Assembly (NCBI RefSeq): GCF_006345805.1
Contig: NC_043003.1
Span: 62,682,001-62,746,000, forward strand
Reading direction: 5' to 3'
DNA length: 64,000 nt
DNA from: Octopus sinensis
Taxonomy: Eukaryota
Both the position numbers and the translations under genes were made by a program. The notes beneath the pieces are model-generated. The model ran no database searches and was not told where the DNA came from. It saw only the letters and a list, made by a program, of their open reading frames with translations. This document shows, in pieces, positions 11,400 through 24,284 of the stretch; positions within the stretch are counted from its first letter, which is position 1; every line of letters starts with the position of its first letter.

Positions 11400-12634
11400 T
11401 GATTTTTATTAGCAAACACCCCTGAATTAAACATTATGAAGAAGACAGTGATTGTCTGTAAACGAAATAGAGCAATAATATAAACAAAACCAGATAATAA
11501 TGTACGAGCAAAAAAGTTAAAGAGATTTATCTTATAATATACTCAATGATTTATGGAAATAATATTACAATTTCTCTGGTTTAATGAACCTCTATACTAC
11601 TACATCTCTAATAAAGCTTTTAGAGTGTGTTACATTACTGCTATATTGGATTTTATTACACTTTCCTGTAAGGTCATTTAGGTGGTCAGTGGTCAGTACT
11701 GTTGTTAATTGGCTAGACTGGGCATTTGTTGGTGTTGTGTGTGTAACAAGAAGTTTAGCCAAGATTCAAACCCCATCTTCTGGCCAATTGACAAGAAATC
11801 TTGACACTTTCACCCAAATATTTTGATATTTACATTTTCCTTAGGTTAGCAACAGAAAAGTATTTTTTGCAGGTTATCTCTTGATATCACCTCAACCCTT
11901 CTTGACCCCGTCCATCCCCCCACCACCACCACCAAACTGTCCATAACTCAATGTACGTAGGTTTAACAGCTGCTGCTTAACTTCCAACAGAAAAAAATGT
12001 ATCACCCACCTTTTCTATTCCTCTACCCCGTGACTCTCAATTAGGGTCCACATGATCCTTGGGAGGTAAATATGGTAATTTTCTATTCTTCTGTAACTTG
12101 TGTTTAGTTTCATGGCTTGAGTACCTATTACAAATGAGAATCAAGCAGCAAAATTCTTCCATTCTCTTGATTTCTTGTAATTCAGACTGCCTCATGGTCC
12201 CAGCAGACAGAATGGAAAAGGTGTTGTCCTGGAGGATGGCACAGGAGATGCCACTGGAACAGCCGTTCTAATTCATAGAGCTTTCACTTGCAGATAGCCA
12301 TCTCTGTCCTGGTAGTGGTGAGCAGAGATAGGGCCTGAGGGCTGAGGATGCCAGAGGTCTCCACTGCCACAGGCTTGATCATAAACCTAAGAAATTTTTG
12401 TTAAAGTTTCTGTGCAATAAATTGCTTATACTTTTACAAAACAGGAAATATTTCAAGTTGTTTTTATACAATTCCCAATAATATTTAACAATGGAAATAC
12501 AGGAAATGTTTACAAATATCAAATGTCTATGGGGGTCCAACAGAAAAAAATAGAAATCAATGGGGTCCATAAGCAAAAAATGGTTGCTCTAGCCATATTC
12601 TCTCTCTCATATTCATCTTGTACTTTTACCTCAC

Positions 12635-12673
<39 letters not shown>

Positions 12674-15600
12674 TCACATATCTCTTTAGATGGACAAGCC
12701 ATATATTCATTTCTTCAGCAAGACACTTGTTTCTGTCCCTCTATTATATATTCACATCCCTCAATACTCCACTCAGTCGAAATGTCTAGTCTTGTGAGTC
12801 CTTCATGACCTCATCAGTTCTGGTATCATAAAAAAAAGCACCCAATACATTCTGTTAAGTGGTTAGCATGAGGAAGGGTGTCCAGCTGCAAAAACCATCC
12901 CAAAGCAGACACTGGAGTTTGGTGTAACCTTCTAGCTTGTCAGTCCCTGCCGAACTATCCAAGCCATTGTAAAAGGGACTTTGAATGATAATTATGACGT
13001 TGATGATGGTATCCATGCTAGGAGCAAACCCTTGAAATTAATGCTAAGTCCTTCAGACAGCATGGTGCCAATTCCAATCTATTGTTTATATTACAGAAAT
13101 AATGATTTCAAATTTTGATAAAACACCAGAATTTTTTTTGGGCGGGGTTGATCCTAGTATTCAACTGGTACTTGTTTTATCAACCCCAAAAGGATGAAAG
13201 GCAAAACCAACCTCAGCAGAATTTGAACTCAGAATGTAAAGAAAGATGAAATGCTGCTAAGTATTTTGCCCAGCATGGTAACAGCTCTACCAGCTCACCA
13301 TTTTGCATTGGAAAAATATTAAGATTTAATCCACGAACAGATTGAATAATTAGCACACATCTATTGAACTTCTTCAATACTAAATGGAAGATTGCAACTT
13401 GTATAAAATGCCCGGTTGAGTTATTCCCAAATTCCATAGTTATCATAGTTTCAATGTCAGAGCAATAGAAATGCCAAAAAATGCCAGATAATGCATCTAC
13501 AGTGGCATCTTGTGAATCAGGTTGATGGTGAATGTCAAAAGAATACCGACATATTTCTATGGGACTTCTGAATTTTATCATTCTTTTAGAGCGTGTGATA
13601 GTGCTAAAATTGTGCAACTGGCCAGTGTCCCTGTTCAGAGATGAGTGTTGTAAACTCATTCACTTATATTCCATGAAAACCAGGATATACTCTGGCCCTC
13701 GTGAGTTCTTGGGCTCAACAGATTCAATAGTGCCAAAAAAAAAAAAAATAAGTGAAACTCTGTACATAGTTGTAATTGAAAAATATTTTTCTGAGTGACA
13801 GAACCATATTTTGACTACCTCCATTATTGACAGAGCTCCCTTCTCCACTGTAGAATTATGAGTCTTTGAGTTTGATAATATGCAAGAGAAAAATGTACTG
13901 GTGGGTCACCTTGACTGAGGGTTGCACCAAAAGCAGATTTTATTTGTAATATGTTATCTTTCTTGATGTGTGCTGAAATATGTAATGTCAATTCATTCAA
14001 AGACTTTTATTTCATCTAATTTAAGGGGAAATAAGTTGCATACTGTTAAAGAATAATTATTTTTAAAAAGAATCTGTTATCTCTTGTGAATAGTAATTGA
14101 AGATATCCACCTCTATGTGTTTCAGAGATTTTCTATCTGATGAAGGAGAAATATCCAAAAGGGATTCTTCACAAGTTAGATTAGGTCAAAGCTATTTGTA
14201 AGAAATTTCAAAACCAAGCATAGATAACTTTCATACTGATTAAACTTTTGTTTTCATGATTAAAAGCAAGGTCTTCATTTCTCTTGCAACTTCCTTGAGT
14301 GTATTGTCACAAAGGTCACGTTCCCCAGCAACAGTGATGTTATCATATCCATGTAAAGAAAATATTGACCATTCTATAGTCATCAATGATTTCTCCAATC
14401 ACCCACTGAAAATAAGATACATCATTTGTTATACCGAAAGAAAGCCTACAAAACTGTCAAAGGCTACCCACCCCTTTGAATGTTATATTTGAACGCTCAT
14501 AATCTAGCTGTGGTATTTGACAGTTTGCTGTCTGGAGATTGATTACAGAGAAGTTTTTAAACTTTGACAACTTATTGGCCATTTCATATAACTCAGGACA
14601 GAGGCTATGTGATGAGAGAGAGCAATATATTGATTTATAGTTCAACTGTAGTCTATAACTAATCTTCTTTTTGACCTTTCTTGGCTATATGTACTTGTGC
14701 ATGCCATACCAAACAACTTGACTCAATAATTCTGTCATGTTGCAATCAATTAATTTCTTTTTTTAGTAAACTGTTGCTCTTGGATACCAAATCTTTGGGA
14801 CCAAGTAGAAATAGGTTTTACTGCGCAACTCAGAAATTCAAATATTGGAACTGATTATATCAATGCCAGTTTTCAAAGGCAACACCAACAACCGATCATG
14901 AAATTTCCATTTGACCCATTAAATCTATAAAACATTTTGAACATCTTAGCATGAAGTCTCCACCAATAATAATTGATTCCATGCAATGGAGAAGGATCTA
15001 CAATTTGATATTAGAAGAGCTTTTGAATTATAGTATTTGAGCACCTTTTACATAATTGTACACTTTTTATCTGAAATATATGCAGATTTTTGTTTATGAT
15101 TTACTCATCACTGTAAGACTGGGTGGCTTCGGTGTTGGTTACAGCAGTCAATAGTTATTGCTTTTATGGTATCATTCACTAATGACAGAAGATTTGGTAT
15201 AAACTTTTCAATTTTGCTTTCCCTAATAGTGTCAAAAAGGAACACACTGTTTTTATGCCAAAAATTTCTTGAGAAAAATCATCACAATGTTGATGATGAT
15301 GATGATGTGATAGCTGTATCCTTTTTTCTTTGACTGATAAACAACTTCAAAATGTCCCTTTAAATGGTAAAATAACATTTGGCTGATTATTCAGGACAAC
15401 TAACATGCTGATTGTATGAATTTCCACACAACCCAGGCCTTTATTTCATTATGAAAATTAATGTTTTTTGCAACTAGTTTGAGTGAACGGTCAAAGAATT
15501 TTCATTTCAATCCTTGTCCTCTTAAGTTTAATTTTTCACAGAACTGACAGCCGTGAAAGAGTTTACATAAGAAAAACAGTTCTTTCAGCATCAGAACTTT

Positions 15601-16726
15601 TGAAGTAAATAGTCTTGAGGCTATGAGATATCTTTGGCAATTAATGTCTATAAATTTCATAATTAGCAATTCTGGAGATAAAATGAACACACATTAACTC
15701 TTTTCTATATTGTAAATCTGTGATGTCTTTGCATTGACAGTCTTTAACTTGATGTTTTAATATCCCTTGAAAGAACTTCAATGTGTCTCCCCTGTGTTGT
15801 TGGTATTTTTGAGCAGGTAGAACATTGCATGGTTGTCCAAAAACATCATTCAGGGTGACAAGAACTTCTTGATAAGCTCTACAACTTTGAACATGAGGGT
15901 AGGGATCATCAAACAAATATTTGATGGCACCCGTGCTGGTTGCATGTAAATAGCACCCTTTGAATGTTGGGCTTCATGAAGATGATGACTAGTGGCCTTT
16001 GGTGATATGCTGTGCTTGAGATGACTTGTCAAGCCAAGTGAAATCATAGCTGTGGCTGATGTTAGTATCACATAACTGGCACCCATGCCAGTGGCATACA
16101 AACAGCACCCATTGCACTCTTGGAATGGTCAGCATTAGGAAGGGCATCCAGCTGTAGTAACTATGCCAAATCAGATTGGAACCTGGTGCAGCTCTCCAGC
16201 TTATCAGTTTCAATCAAACTGTCTAACCCATGCCATCATGGAAAGCAGATACTAAATGATGGTGGTGGTGGTGGTGGTGGTGGTGTTTAACTGATAAGTG
16301 CTGTAGAGTCTTGTGTAAGAAGTTCAGCATCTCAGCCTTCTAAGCCAGAAATTTTCTGAACCTGACATACCAATATCAGTTGTAAAACAGAGAGTTATGA
16401 ATATAATGTTGTTGCTCTGTGGCCAAGATGAAATACTGGCTCACTCCACTTCAGGAAATTACGAATTATTATGCACAAGCATTTTACTTCGGATATGCAT
16501 TCATAAAAGTTTATATTTTTGTAAACACTCATAAATAGAATCTGAGAAGTGAATAAATCTTATTTGAATTTTATTTTAAAACTATCATCAGCTTAACATT
16601 CATAACACTGTGATTGTCTGAAAATGAAGCTAAATGATATCAACAAAACAGGATAATATATAAAAGCTATAAGCTAAAGATAGTAATCTTATAATATACT
16701 CAGTAATTAACAGAGATTATATTACA
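11400..16726 (-). mobile_element. Decayed Gypsy LTR retrotransposon with both LTR remnants and nested insertions
   Basis: Diverged direct repeats at ~11445-11569 and ~16607-16726 (gtgattgtctg...atcttataatatactca...attaca). Minus-strand gag-like segment 15600-15900; RT FGITNDVSYFQ and YDNITVAG; RNase H VEKGALSIMEVVKIW and KNDKIQ..YSFDIHHQP..DALS; NLPFSIEEV. Confidence 0.8.
12190..12380 (-). mobile_element. 3' fragment of a CRE-like non-LTR retrotransposon
   Basis: Minus strand KPVAVETSGILSPQALSLL...RLFQ..ISCAILQDNTFSIL resembles the P.A.ET.G...LS.A.QRGNA.SIL C-terminus of CRE-clade REL elements. Confidence 0.55.
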
Positions 16727-16739
16727 AACACTTATATAA

Positions 16740-17000
16740 CTTAGATTCATTTCGGCCATTATTGGCCCAGGCCATGACTAACTCAACAGCACCACCTGGA
16801 AAAGTCTTTTGATTAATTATTTCGGGATACCATGGACCACAGAAGCAGAGAATTGTTGTTGGCTGTGACGTATCCAGGTGTAGGTGGTTTATCTGGTATT
16901 TCCTGGAGGAAATTGTCCAGGTACCGTTTGAAGGTTGTAGGGGTCTTTTTACCTTTAATTTCTTATGCTCTTATGGTTCTGCCAAGCTACCTCACTCATA
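16740..17000 (-). mobile_element. 3' end of a CR1/L2-group LINE
   Basis: Minus strand TTFKRYLDNFLQEIPDKPPTPGYVTANNNSLLLW, then the tail ccaggtggtgctg...catggcc...ggccgaaa. Confidence 0.7.
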
Positions 17001-17289
17001 AGTTTTATGACTTCCAGTATTACAATACTGACATAGCTTCTAGTTACAAATGATGAGGATGTTATCAGTTTATAATTTCCTCAAGTTAGTATTAAAAATA
17101 ACTTGATCATGTTTTCATTTTTAAATCCATTTTATAGGTGCAGGCACGACGATGTGGTTAAGAAACTTGTTTTGCAATCATGGAATTTTAAGTTCAGTCT
17201 CACTGCTCAGCACTTTGGCCATGTGTATTCTACTTTAGCCACCACCCCACCGGCTGACCAATACCTTGTGAGAGAAATGTAACTAGCCA

Positions 17290-17333
<44 letters not shown>

Positions 17334-17810
17334 GGGTTTATAGATCCTATATTGATAGAATCAATAAAATAAGCACTCCATCCAGTGAGAGATTTAATAC
17401 ACATCATTTAATACACATCATGAAAGAGCTACTAATAGTTTCAATGCTTTTACGATAGTTTGAATTGGCAGATTTATAAAACATGGCATGCAATCTCCAA
17501 ACAGTTTTTCAGGCTTTGTTTATGTATTTGATTTATTTTCAAAACCGAGACACTGAACAGTGAAAAAATAAGAAAAAGTAAGAAGAAAAACATGAAGCTG
17601 ATGCCAAATAATGGAACAAGAAGAAAGAAATGAAAGTAAGAAGATCAAGGGAGGACAGGGATGACAGCATCCTGGTTTTTGAAATATATCTGACACCTAA
17701 ACAGAACCTGAAAAATTGCTTGGCGATACATGACATATTTTAAAGATATGCCTATTTAAAGTATCATAAAAGCATGAAACTGTTTGTAGTTCTTTTGTAA
17801 AGTGTATTAA

Positions 17811-17845
<35 letters not shown>

Positions 17846-17848
<3 letters not shown>

Positions 17849-18296
17849 TCATCATCATCATCGTTTAGCGTCTACTTTCCATGCTAGCATGGGTTGGACG
17901 GTTCAATTGGGGTCTGGGAAGCCAGAAGGCTGCACCAGGCCCAGTCAGATCTGGCAATGCTTCTATGGCTGGATGCCCTTCCTAATGCCAACCACTCCGT
18001 AAGTGTAGTGGGTGCTTTTTACGTGCCTCCGGCACAGAGGCCAGGTGAGGCTGGCAACGGCCATGATCGGATGGTGCCTTTTACGTACCACCGGCACGGA
18101 GGCCAGTCAGGGCAGCGCTGGCAACAGCCACGTTCGGATGGTTCTCTTACGTGCCACCAGCACTGGTATCACAGCTACAATTTTCATCGATTTTGATTTT
18201 GATTCTGATTCTCACTTGCCTCAACAGGTCTTCACAAGTAGAGTTTTGTGCCCCAAGAAGGAAAGGTATGCATAAGTGGATTGGCTACATCCCTGG
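17846..18296 (-). mobile_element. RTE-related SINE-like element with its 5' region and ~3 internal units, inside a (TA)n tract
   Basis: Reverse complement of the family at 3655-4240; TA repeats on both sides. Confidence 0.85.
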
Positions 18297-18331
<35 letters not shown>

Positions 18332-18784
18332 CTAATGATATTTTGCTATATCTTTTCTCCTGTCTCTGATGAGATTCTGCTTTATAAAATGGTTTAATTA
18401 TTACAATTATAATCTCCAAAGTATAATTCAGGAAATTATAAACTGATCTCTAACAGCTGTTAGAGATCGTGTTTATTTTTACACTTAATAAACATTCTTA
18501 TTAATTGATGTATCTCCACTGCCCCAACTGGCTCCTGTGCTGGTAGCACATAAAAAGCACCATCTGAATGTGGCCAATGCCAGTGCTGCTCACAGAGTGG
18601 TTGGTATTAGGAAGGGCATCTAGCTGTAGAAACATTGTCAGATCAGATTGGAGCCTGATGAGGCCTCTCAGCTTGCCAGTCCCCAGTCAAACTGTCCAAC
18701 CCATGCCAGCATGGAAAACGAACGCTAAATGATGAGGATGAGGAGGAGGAGGATGATGATACATGTATGTATAAGTACGATGGA

Positions 18785-19115
18785 CTACCACACAAAAGTC
18801 CCACCCATCACGTCTGGAGTGAGGACCAGGTACTGCAATAGCTTGGGATTCAAAGGCCCACAACTATTTGACATCAGGCTGAAAAATCTGAGAAATCTAC
18901 TCAGAGTGGGAGATGTTTTCAAGAAAGAACTTACCTTCTTGTTGTCCAGGGACCCAGATGAACCAACATCATGGAGAGATACCATAAAAAAGAAAAAGAC
19001 GACAATATCAAACTCCTTCCTTCACCAATCAAAAAAGAATCGCCATTGAAATGATGATAAAACCAGTGGTGCCCCAGCATGGCCACAGCCTTTGGGCTGA
19101 AATGAATAAATTTAT
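18785..19115 (+). mobile_element. 3' end of a CR1-like LINE
   Basis: NSLGFKGPQLF..LRNL..DVFKKEL..LSRDPDEP..SNSFLHQ*, then gtggtgccccagcatggccacagcctttgggctgaaatgaataaa. Confidence 0.75.
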
Positions 19116-20437
19116 AAAAGAACTCACACACACACACACACACATACAGAGCAGAACCTTGGTTTTCGAACAACTCTGATCACAAATAAATTGTACTTTG
19201 TACCTGTCTTTCTCATATTCATTTAATACAGTAGTACCTCAGTTTACGAATGCCTTTGATTACAATATATTGTGCTTTATATATATATCTATATCTGTCT
19301 ATCTATCTATCTATCTGTCTGTCTCTCTCTCTCTCTCACTCTCTCTCTCTATATATATATATGTATAAATTCTCACTCTATGTGTGTTTGTGTTTGTCCC
19401 CTCCACTGTTTGACAGTCCATGTTGGTTTTGCTTACATCCCTGTAACTTAACAACTCAAGCAAATGAGATCAATAGAACACATACCAGACTTAAAAAAAA
19501 AAAACAAAAAAAAAACTGGGTTAGTATTGCTTGATTAAACCCTAAACCCTTCAAGGTGGTGCCCCAGCATGGCCACAGTCCAATAACTGAAACAAGTAAA
19601 TCATGGAAGATAAGATACATAAAGAATATCAACAGATAGAGAATTGAAGTTCTATTTTTCTTTTTATTTATGGTAATTGAAATAGTTGCAGCCAAGACGA
19701 GACACAGTTGTAATTTTAAAGCAACAAAGAACCTACTGTCTACCCCTCCACAGTGCTTAGTATACAAGCTGTGATGTTTATAAACCCTAAGTAGTTTTGA
19801 CATCTTGTAGGGAAAAACTAAATACATTCCATCTTATATTAAGGATAAGTTACATAAATAAAGTCTATAGCAATGAGGAATTGAACTTAATTATAGTTTT
19901 GAGCCAATATAACAAATAGATCATGTTTAAGTATGAGATATAAATAAATTAAATAGGTTTTGAATGGAATTTGAATAACAGAGCAGAGGAAAAGCTATCT
20001 CTATTTCAAAGAGGTATAACAGTGAAATTATACTCTCTGACGCTCTTCATCATCTTAAATAAAGTTATGCTTGCTTGATTGTATTAAAACTTTTCTATGA
20101 AGAACTGCTGACTTAAATTACAAGAAAATTCCTTGCTTATATAATGTCCATAGCTTTTATTATTTACAACTTTTCAAACCTTTATTTGCTTATGAATTTA
20201 GCTGTCTACTTTCAGCTTTAAACTTTTCTTTCAAGACGATGTTAAATAAATATCATACTGAATATAAAATCTCATAGGTTTTAGTTTCTCTGTTTTTACC
20301 CTTTTGTTCTTTTACTAGTTCCAGTCATTGAATGTGGCCGTACTGGAGCACTGCCTTCAAACTTTTATTCAGTCATATTCATGTGGGTGCTTATTCAGTG
20401 AGGTACTCATTTTATTAATCTTTATTCATTGATATAT

Positions 20438-21165
20438 AAAGTACATCCCAGAATCCTTGAGACTTTTTCAGGGGAGACATATATTAATTTCTAGTAAGAA
20501 ACTTTAATCTCCATCAAAGTAGGATCCTCTAACTTCACTGCATTCATTGTAGTGCTTAGCCTCTTCATGACGCATGGATGTCCTCTAGAATAAAGTTGTC
20601 CAGGCCCTATTTCACAGCCTCCTTCATCTTCTTCAGCTTTGGAAACAACCAAAAGTCACAGGGAGTGAGGTCTGGACTGAAAAGAAGTTGAAAGTCAACT
20701 TTGATGACCGACTCTTGGTTACTAGAAGGCAATTGTAGACTGGTGCATTATCCTGTCAAAAAAGAGGATCATCATGAGTTTCTCAGAGGACTTGCTTTGC
20801 CTGGCCTCTTGTGCCAGTCAAACACAGATGCTTGGTTCATGTGAGTTAATCCATGACCAGTCTGGAGCATTTTTTAAGTTTCTGTAGCAATTTGTCCCAG
20901 TTTAACACAAAACTTTATGGCATAACAAGCTTCCAAATCGTCTTCACATCCTGACAGCCTTCTGCAACCAGTCAGCTATGACAAGTAGTGTTTAATAGAG
21001 TGTGTTCAAAGTGCTGTTACAGCTGTCTTTTTTGAGTTTGAATAACAAAACTAGGCAGGTCAGCTTATTAGATGTATATTAATGCTATAGTAAAATTAGA
21101 ATAACCTAGGATAATTATAACTACTTCTAAAAAAAACGTCTCAAAACTTCTGGAAAGCATCCCAT
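20438..21165 (-). mobile_element. Old, internally deleted mariner
   Basis: Minus strand SPDLTPCDFWLFPK (20640-20680); degenerate TIRs ccagaatccttgagactttt / aaaacgtctcaaaacttctgg. Confidence 0.7.
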
Positions 21166-21896
21166 ATATATATAAATATATATAATAATAATAATAATAA
21201 GAAGAAGAAGAAGAAGAAGAATAGAAAGTAACAACAAAAAAATGAGACCTCAATATTAAATAAATAGAGGATTATTTATATATGTTATAATTTAGAACAA
21301 ACAGTAAAAGGTTGACATTATAGTACTTGGAGTTTCGAATGTTGGAGCGAAGAGCTACGAGACATTCTTGTTGGCTATTAATGGCAACAGATGCTTTGAA
21401 AAACCGTTGAATAAAAGAGGGAAGTTACTCTGATAGGTAGAAAAAGAAAAAGGAAAAAGATAAAAAATACACGCAACCATATTCTCATAATATGTAGACA
21501 TAAATCTCCTATGTTCATGACATCTACATACGTACACGCTCACACAAACATGTATATGTACATGCAGATACACATGCACAAACATATATGTATGTATGTA
21601 CTCACACCTACACACATATCCACACACACACGCATACATTTATATGTATGTGTATATTTGTACACAACCTCATCCTCATATACACATAGGTGTTTACATG
21701 CATACACGTTTCATAATATATATATATATATATATTTATTCATTTATATGTACAAATATACATATATATATATATATATATATATTCAGACATACATTCA
21801 CACTTCTGCATATATACAAACACATGCATATCCGTATAAATGAAGAGGGCATATGCATGAAAGTTGCACATATGCATCAGACACAGTCTTACACTC

Positions 21897-21962
<66 letters not shown>

Positions 21963-21972
21963 ATATATATAG

Positions 21973-22003
<31 letters not shown>

Positions 22004-22011
22004 ATATATAT

Positions 22012-22993
22012 ACCTGTGCTGGTGACACATAAAAAGCACCATCCGAACGTGGCCGTTGCAGTGCAGCCTCCACTGGCTTCTGTGCCGGTGGCACATAAAT
22101 AGCACCATCCGAACGTGACCGATGCCAACCCCACCTCGAATGGCTTCTGTGCCAGTGGCACATGAACATCGAACCAAATATCAATGGAAACAGTAGTTGT
22201 GATACCTGTGCCGGTGACACATAAAAAGCACCATCCGAACGTGACCGATGCCAACCCCGCCTCGAAGGCTTCTGTGCCGGTGGCACAAAAAAGCACCATC
22301 CGAACATGGCCGATGCCAGCACCGCCCCGACTGGCTTCTGTGCCGGTGGCAATAAAAAGCACCATCCGAGCATGGCGACGCCAGCACCGCCTCGATGGCT
22401 TCTGTGACGGTGGCACATAAAAAGCACCAACGATCGTGGGATCCGGAACATCTCGCTGTGCTTGAGGAGACTGTTGAGTCAAGTGCATGTACATGAACAT
22501 CGAACCAAATATCAATGGAAACAGTAGTTGTGATACCTGTGCCGGGGCACATAAAAAGCACCATCCGAACGTGGCTGTTGCCAGTGCAGCCTCCACTGGC
22601 TTCTGTGCCGGTGGCACATAAAAAGCACCATCCAAACGTGACCGATGCCAACCCTGCCTCGAATGGCTTCTGTGCCGGTGGCACATAAAAAGCACCATCC
22701 GAACGTGGCCGATGCCAGCACCGCCTTGACTGGCTTCTGTGCCGGTGGCACATAAAAAAAGCACCAACCGATCATGGCCGATGCCAGACCCCTCTGGCAC
22801 CTGTGCAGGTGGCACGTAAAAAGCACCCACTACACTCGTGGAGTGGTTGGCGTTAGGAAGGGGATCCAGCTGTAGAAACACTGCCAGATCAGACTGGAGC
22901 CTGGGGCAGCCCCTGGCTCCCCAGACCCCGGTCGAACCGTCCAACCCGTGCTAGCGCGGAAAAAGACATTAAACAATGATGATGATGATGATG
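22012..22993 (+). mobile_element. RTE-related SINE-like element with an expanded array (~12 units) and a duplicated internal segment
   Basis: About 12 ctgtgccggtggcacataaaaagcaccatccgaacgtg units; catgaacatcgaaccaaatatcaatggaaacagtagttgtgatacc at both ~22161 and ~22492; (GAT)n tail; TA flanks. Confidence 0.88.
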
Positions 22994-22994
22994 A

Positions 22995-23031
<37 letters not shown>

Positions 23032-24034
23032 CATATATATACATATATATATACACACACATGTCCATACACAATTAAAAAGGAAAAAGGAAAAAATTTT
23101 TTAAATATATATAGAAAATAAAAAAATTTAAATTAATGGAAGTTAAAGCATATGGGAAAGCTTGAGCAGGAACATAGCAGAAATGTGGATTCCAGCTGTG
23201 ATCATGGGGGGACCCAAAACCATAAGAGGTATTTTGTGACATATAGACATGACCCAGAAAGTTCAGTTCTTGAATTTAAATGTAGCAGAGAAAGATGGCT
23301 CATCTGGAAAATTTCCTTCGACCCCACTACATGTTTAAATTCAAGAACTGAACTTTTTGGAACATGTCCATATGTCACAAAATACCTGTTACGGTTTTGC
23401 GTGCCCCACCCCACAAGATCACAGCTGCAATTTCTACTATGTTCCTGCACAAGCTTTCCTATATGCTTTAACTTCCATTAATTTTTTATTTGTTATTTTT
23501 TATATATATTTTTTCCTTTTTAAGTGCGTGAGCGTGGACGTGTGTTGTATATATATATATGTATGTATATATTATAATTATTTGTGTATATGTGCATATG
23601 TATGTGTATGAGTGTAAGACTGTGTCCGGTGCATATGCACAACTTTCATGCACATGCCCCTTCATTTATAAGGATATGCATATGTTTGTACATATGCGGA
23701 AGTGTAAATTTATATCTGTATATGTATACGTATATCTATAGATATAAATGTCTAAATATATATGTATTATGTTACATGCATGCATGTAAGCACCTATGTG
23801 TATATGAGGATGAGGTTGTGTACACATATACATATATATATATATGTTTATGTACACACATATATATATATGTTTATATCTCTCTCTCTCTTATATATAT
23901 ATATATATATACACACACACATATCTATCTATCTATACATTTAGTGAGAATTTACAAAAAAAAAAAAATAGACGAAGACGGATGTATAAACAGCAAACGG
24001 ATGTATTAGTTTAAAGCTCGGGAAGTGAGAAAGT

Positions 24035-24070
24035 CTTTTATGTTTCGAGCCTATGCTCTTCAACAGAAAG
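24035..24070 (-). ncRNA. Minimal type I hammerhead ribozyme motif, variant core
   Basis: cttt-CTGTTGA-a-gagc atag gctc-GAAA-ca-TA-aaag; stem I cttt/aaag, stem II gagc/gctc. Confidence 0.6.
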
Positions 24071-24249
24071 AAACATAGAAATAAGCAAAGAGAGAAAATG
24101 GAAAAGTTTTAGTGGCTAGTGATCTATCATAGCGAATGCTGGACAGAGGCATTATATATATATATATTAAATCCAGAAAAGAAGAACAACAAATGCAGAA
24201 AAACAACGCGAGGATGTGGTTCATGTAAAGTATTAGCAGAAGAAATATA

Positions 24250-24284
24250 GTTTGACATTTCGAGCAATGCTCTTCTTCAGAAAC
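24250..24284 (-). ncRNA. Minimal type I hammerhead ribozyme motif
   Basis: gttt-CTGAAGA-a-gagc att gctc-GAAA-tg-TC-aaac; canonical CUGANGA/GAAA core and GUC cleavage triplet. Confidence 0.7.

Noticed and set aside
22012-22830. CRISPR-like repeat/spacer array (also 3696-4080)
   Set aside because: The variable parts are only ~6-14 nt and homologous to each other. The array sits inside a dispersed retroposon in a eukaryotic context with no cas genes.
21740-22944. Long overlapping ORFs (up to 327 aa) rich in C/H/W
   Set aside because: They are translations of the SINE tandem array and TA microsatellite, open in several frames.
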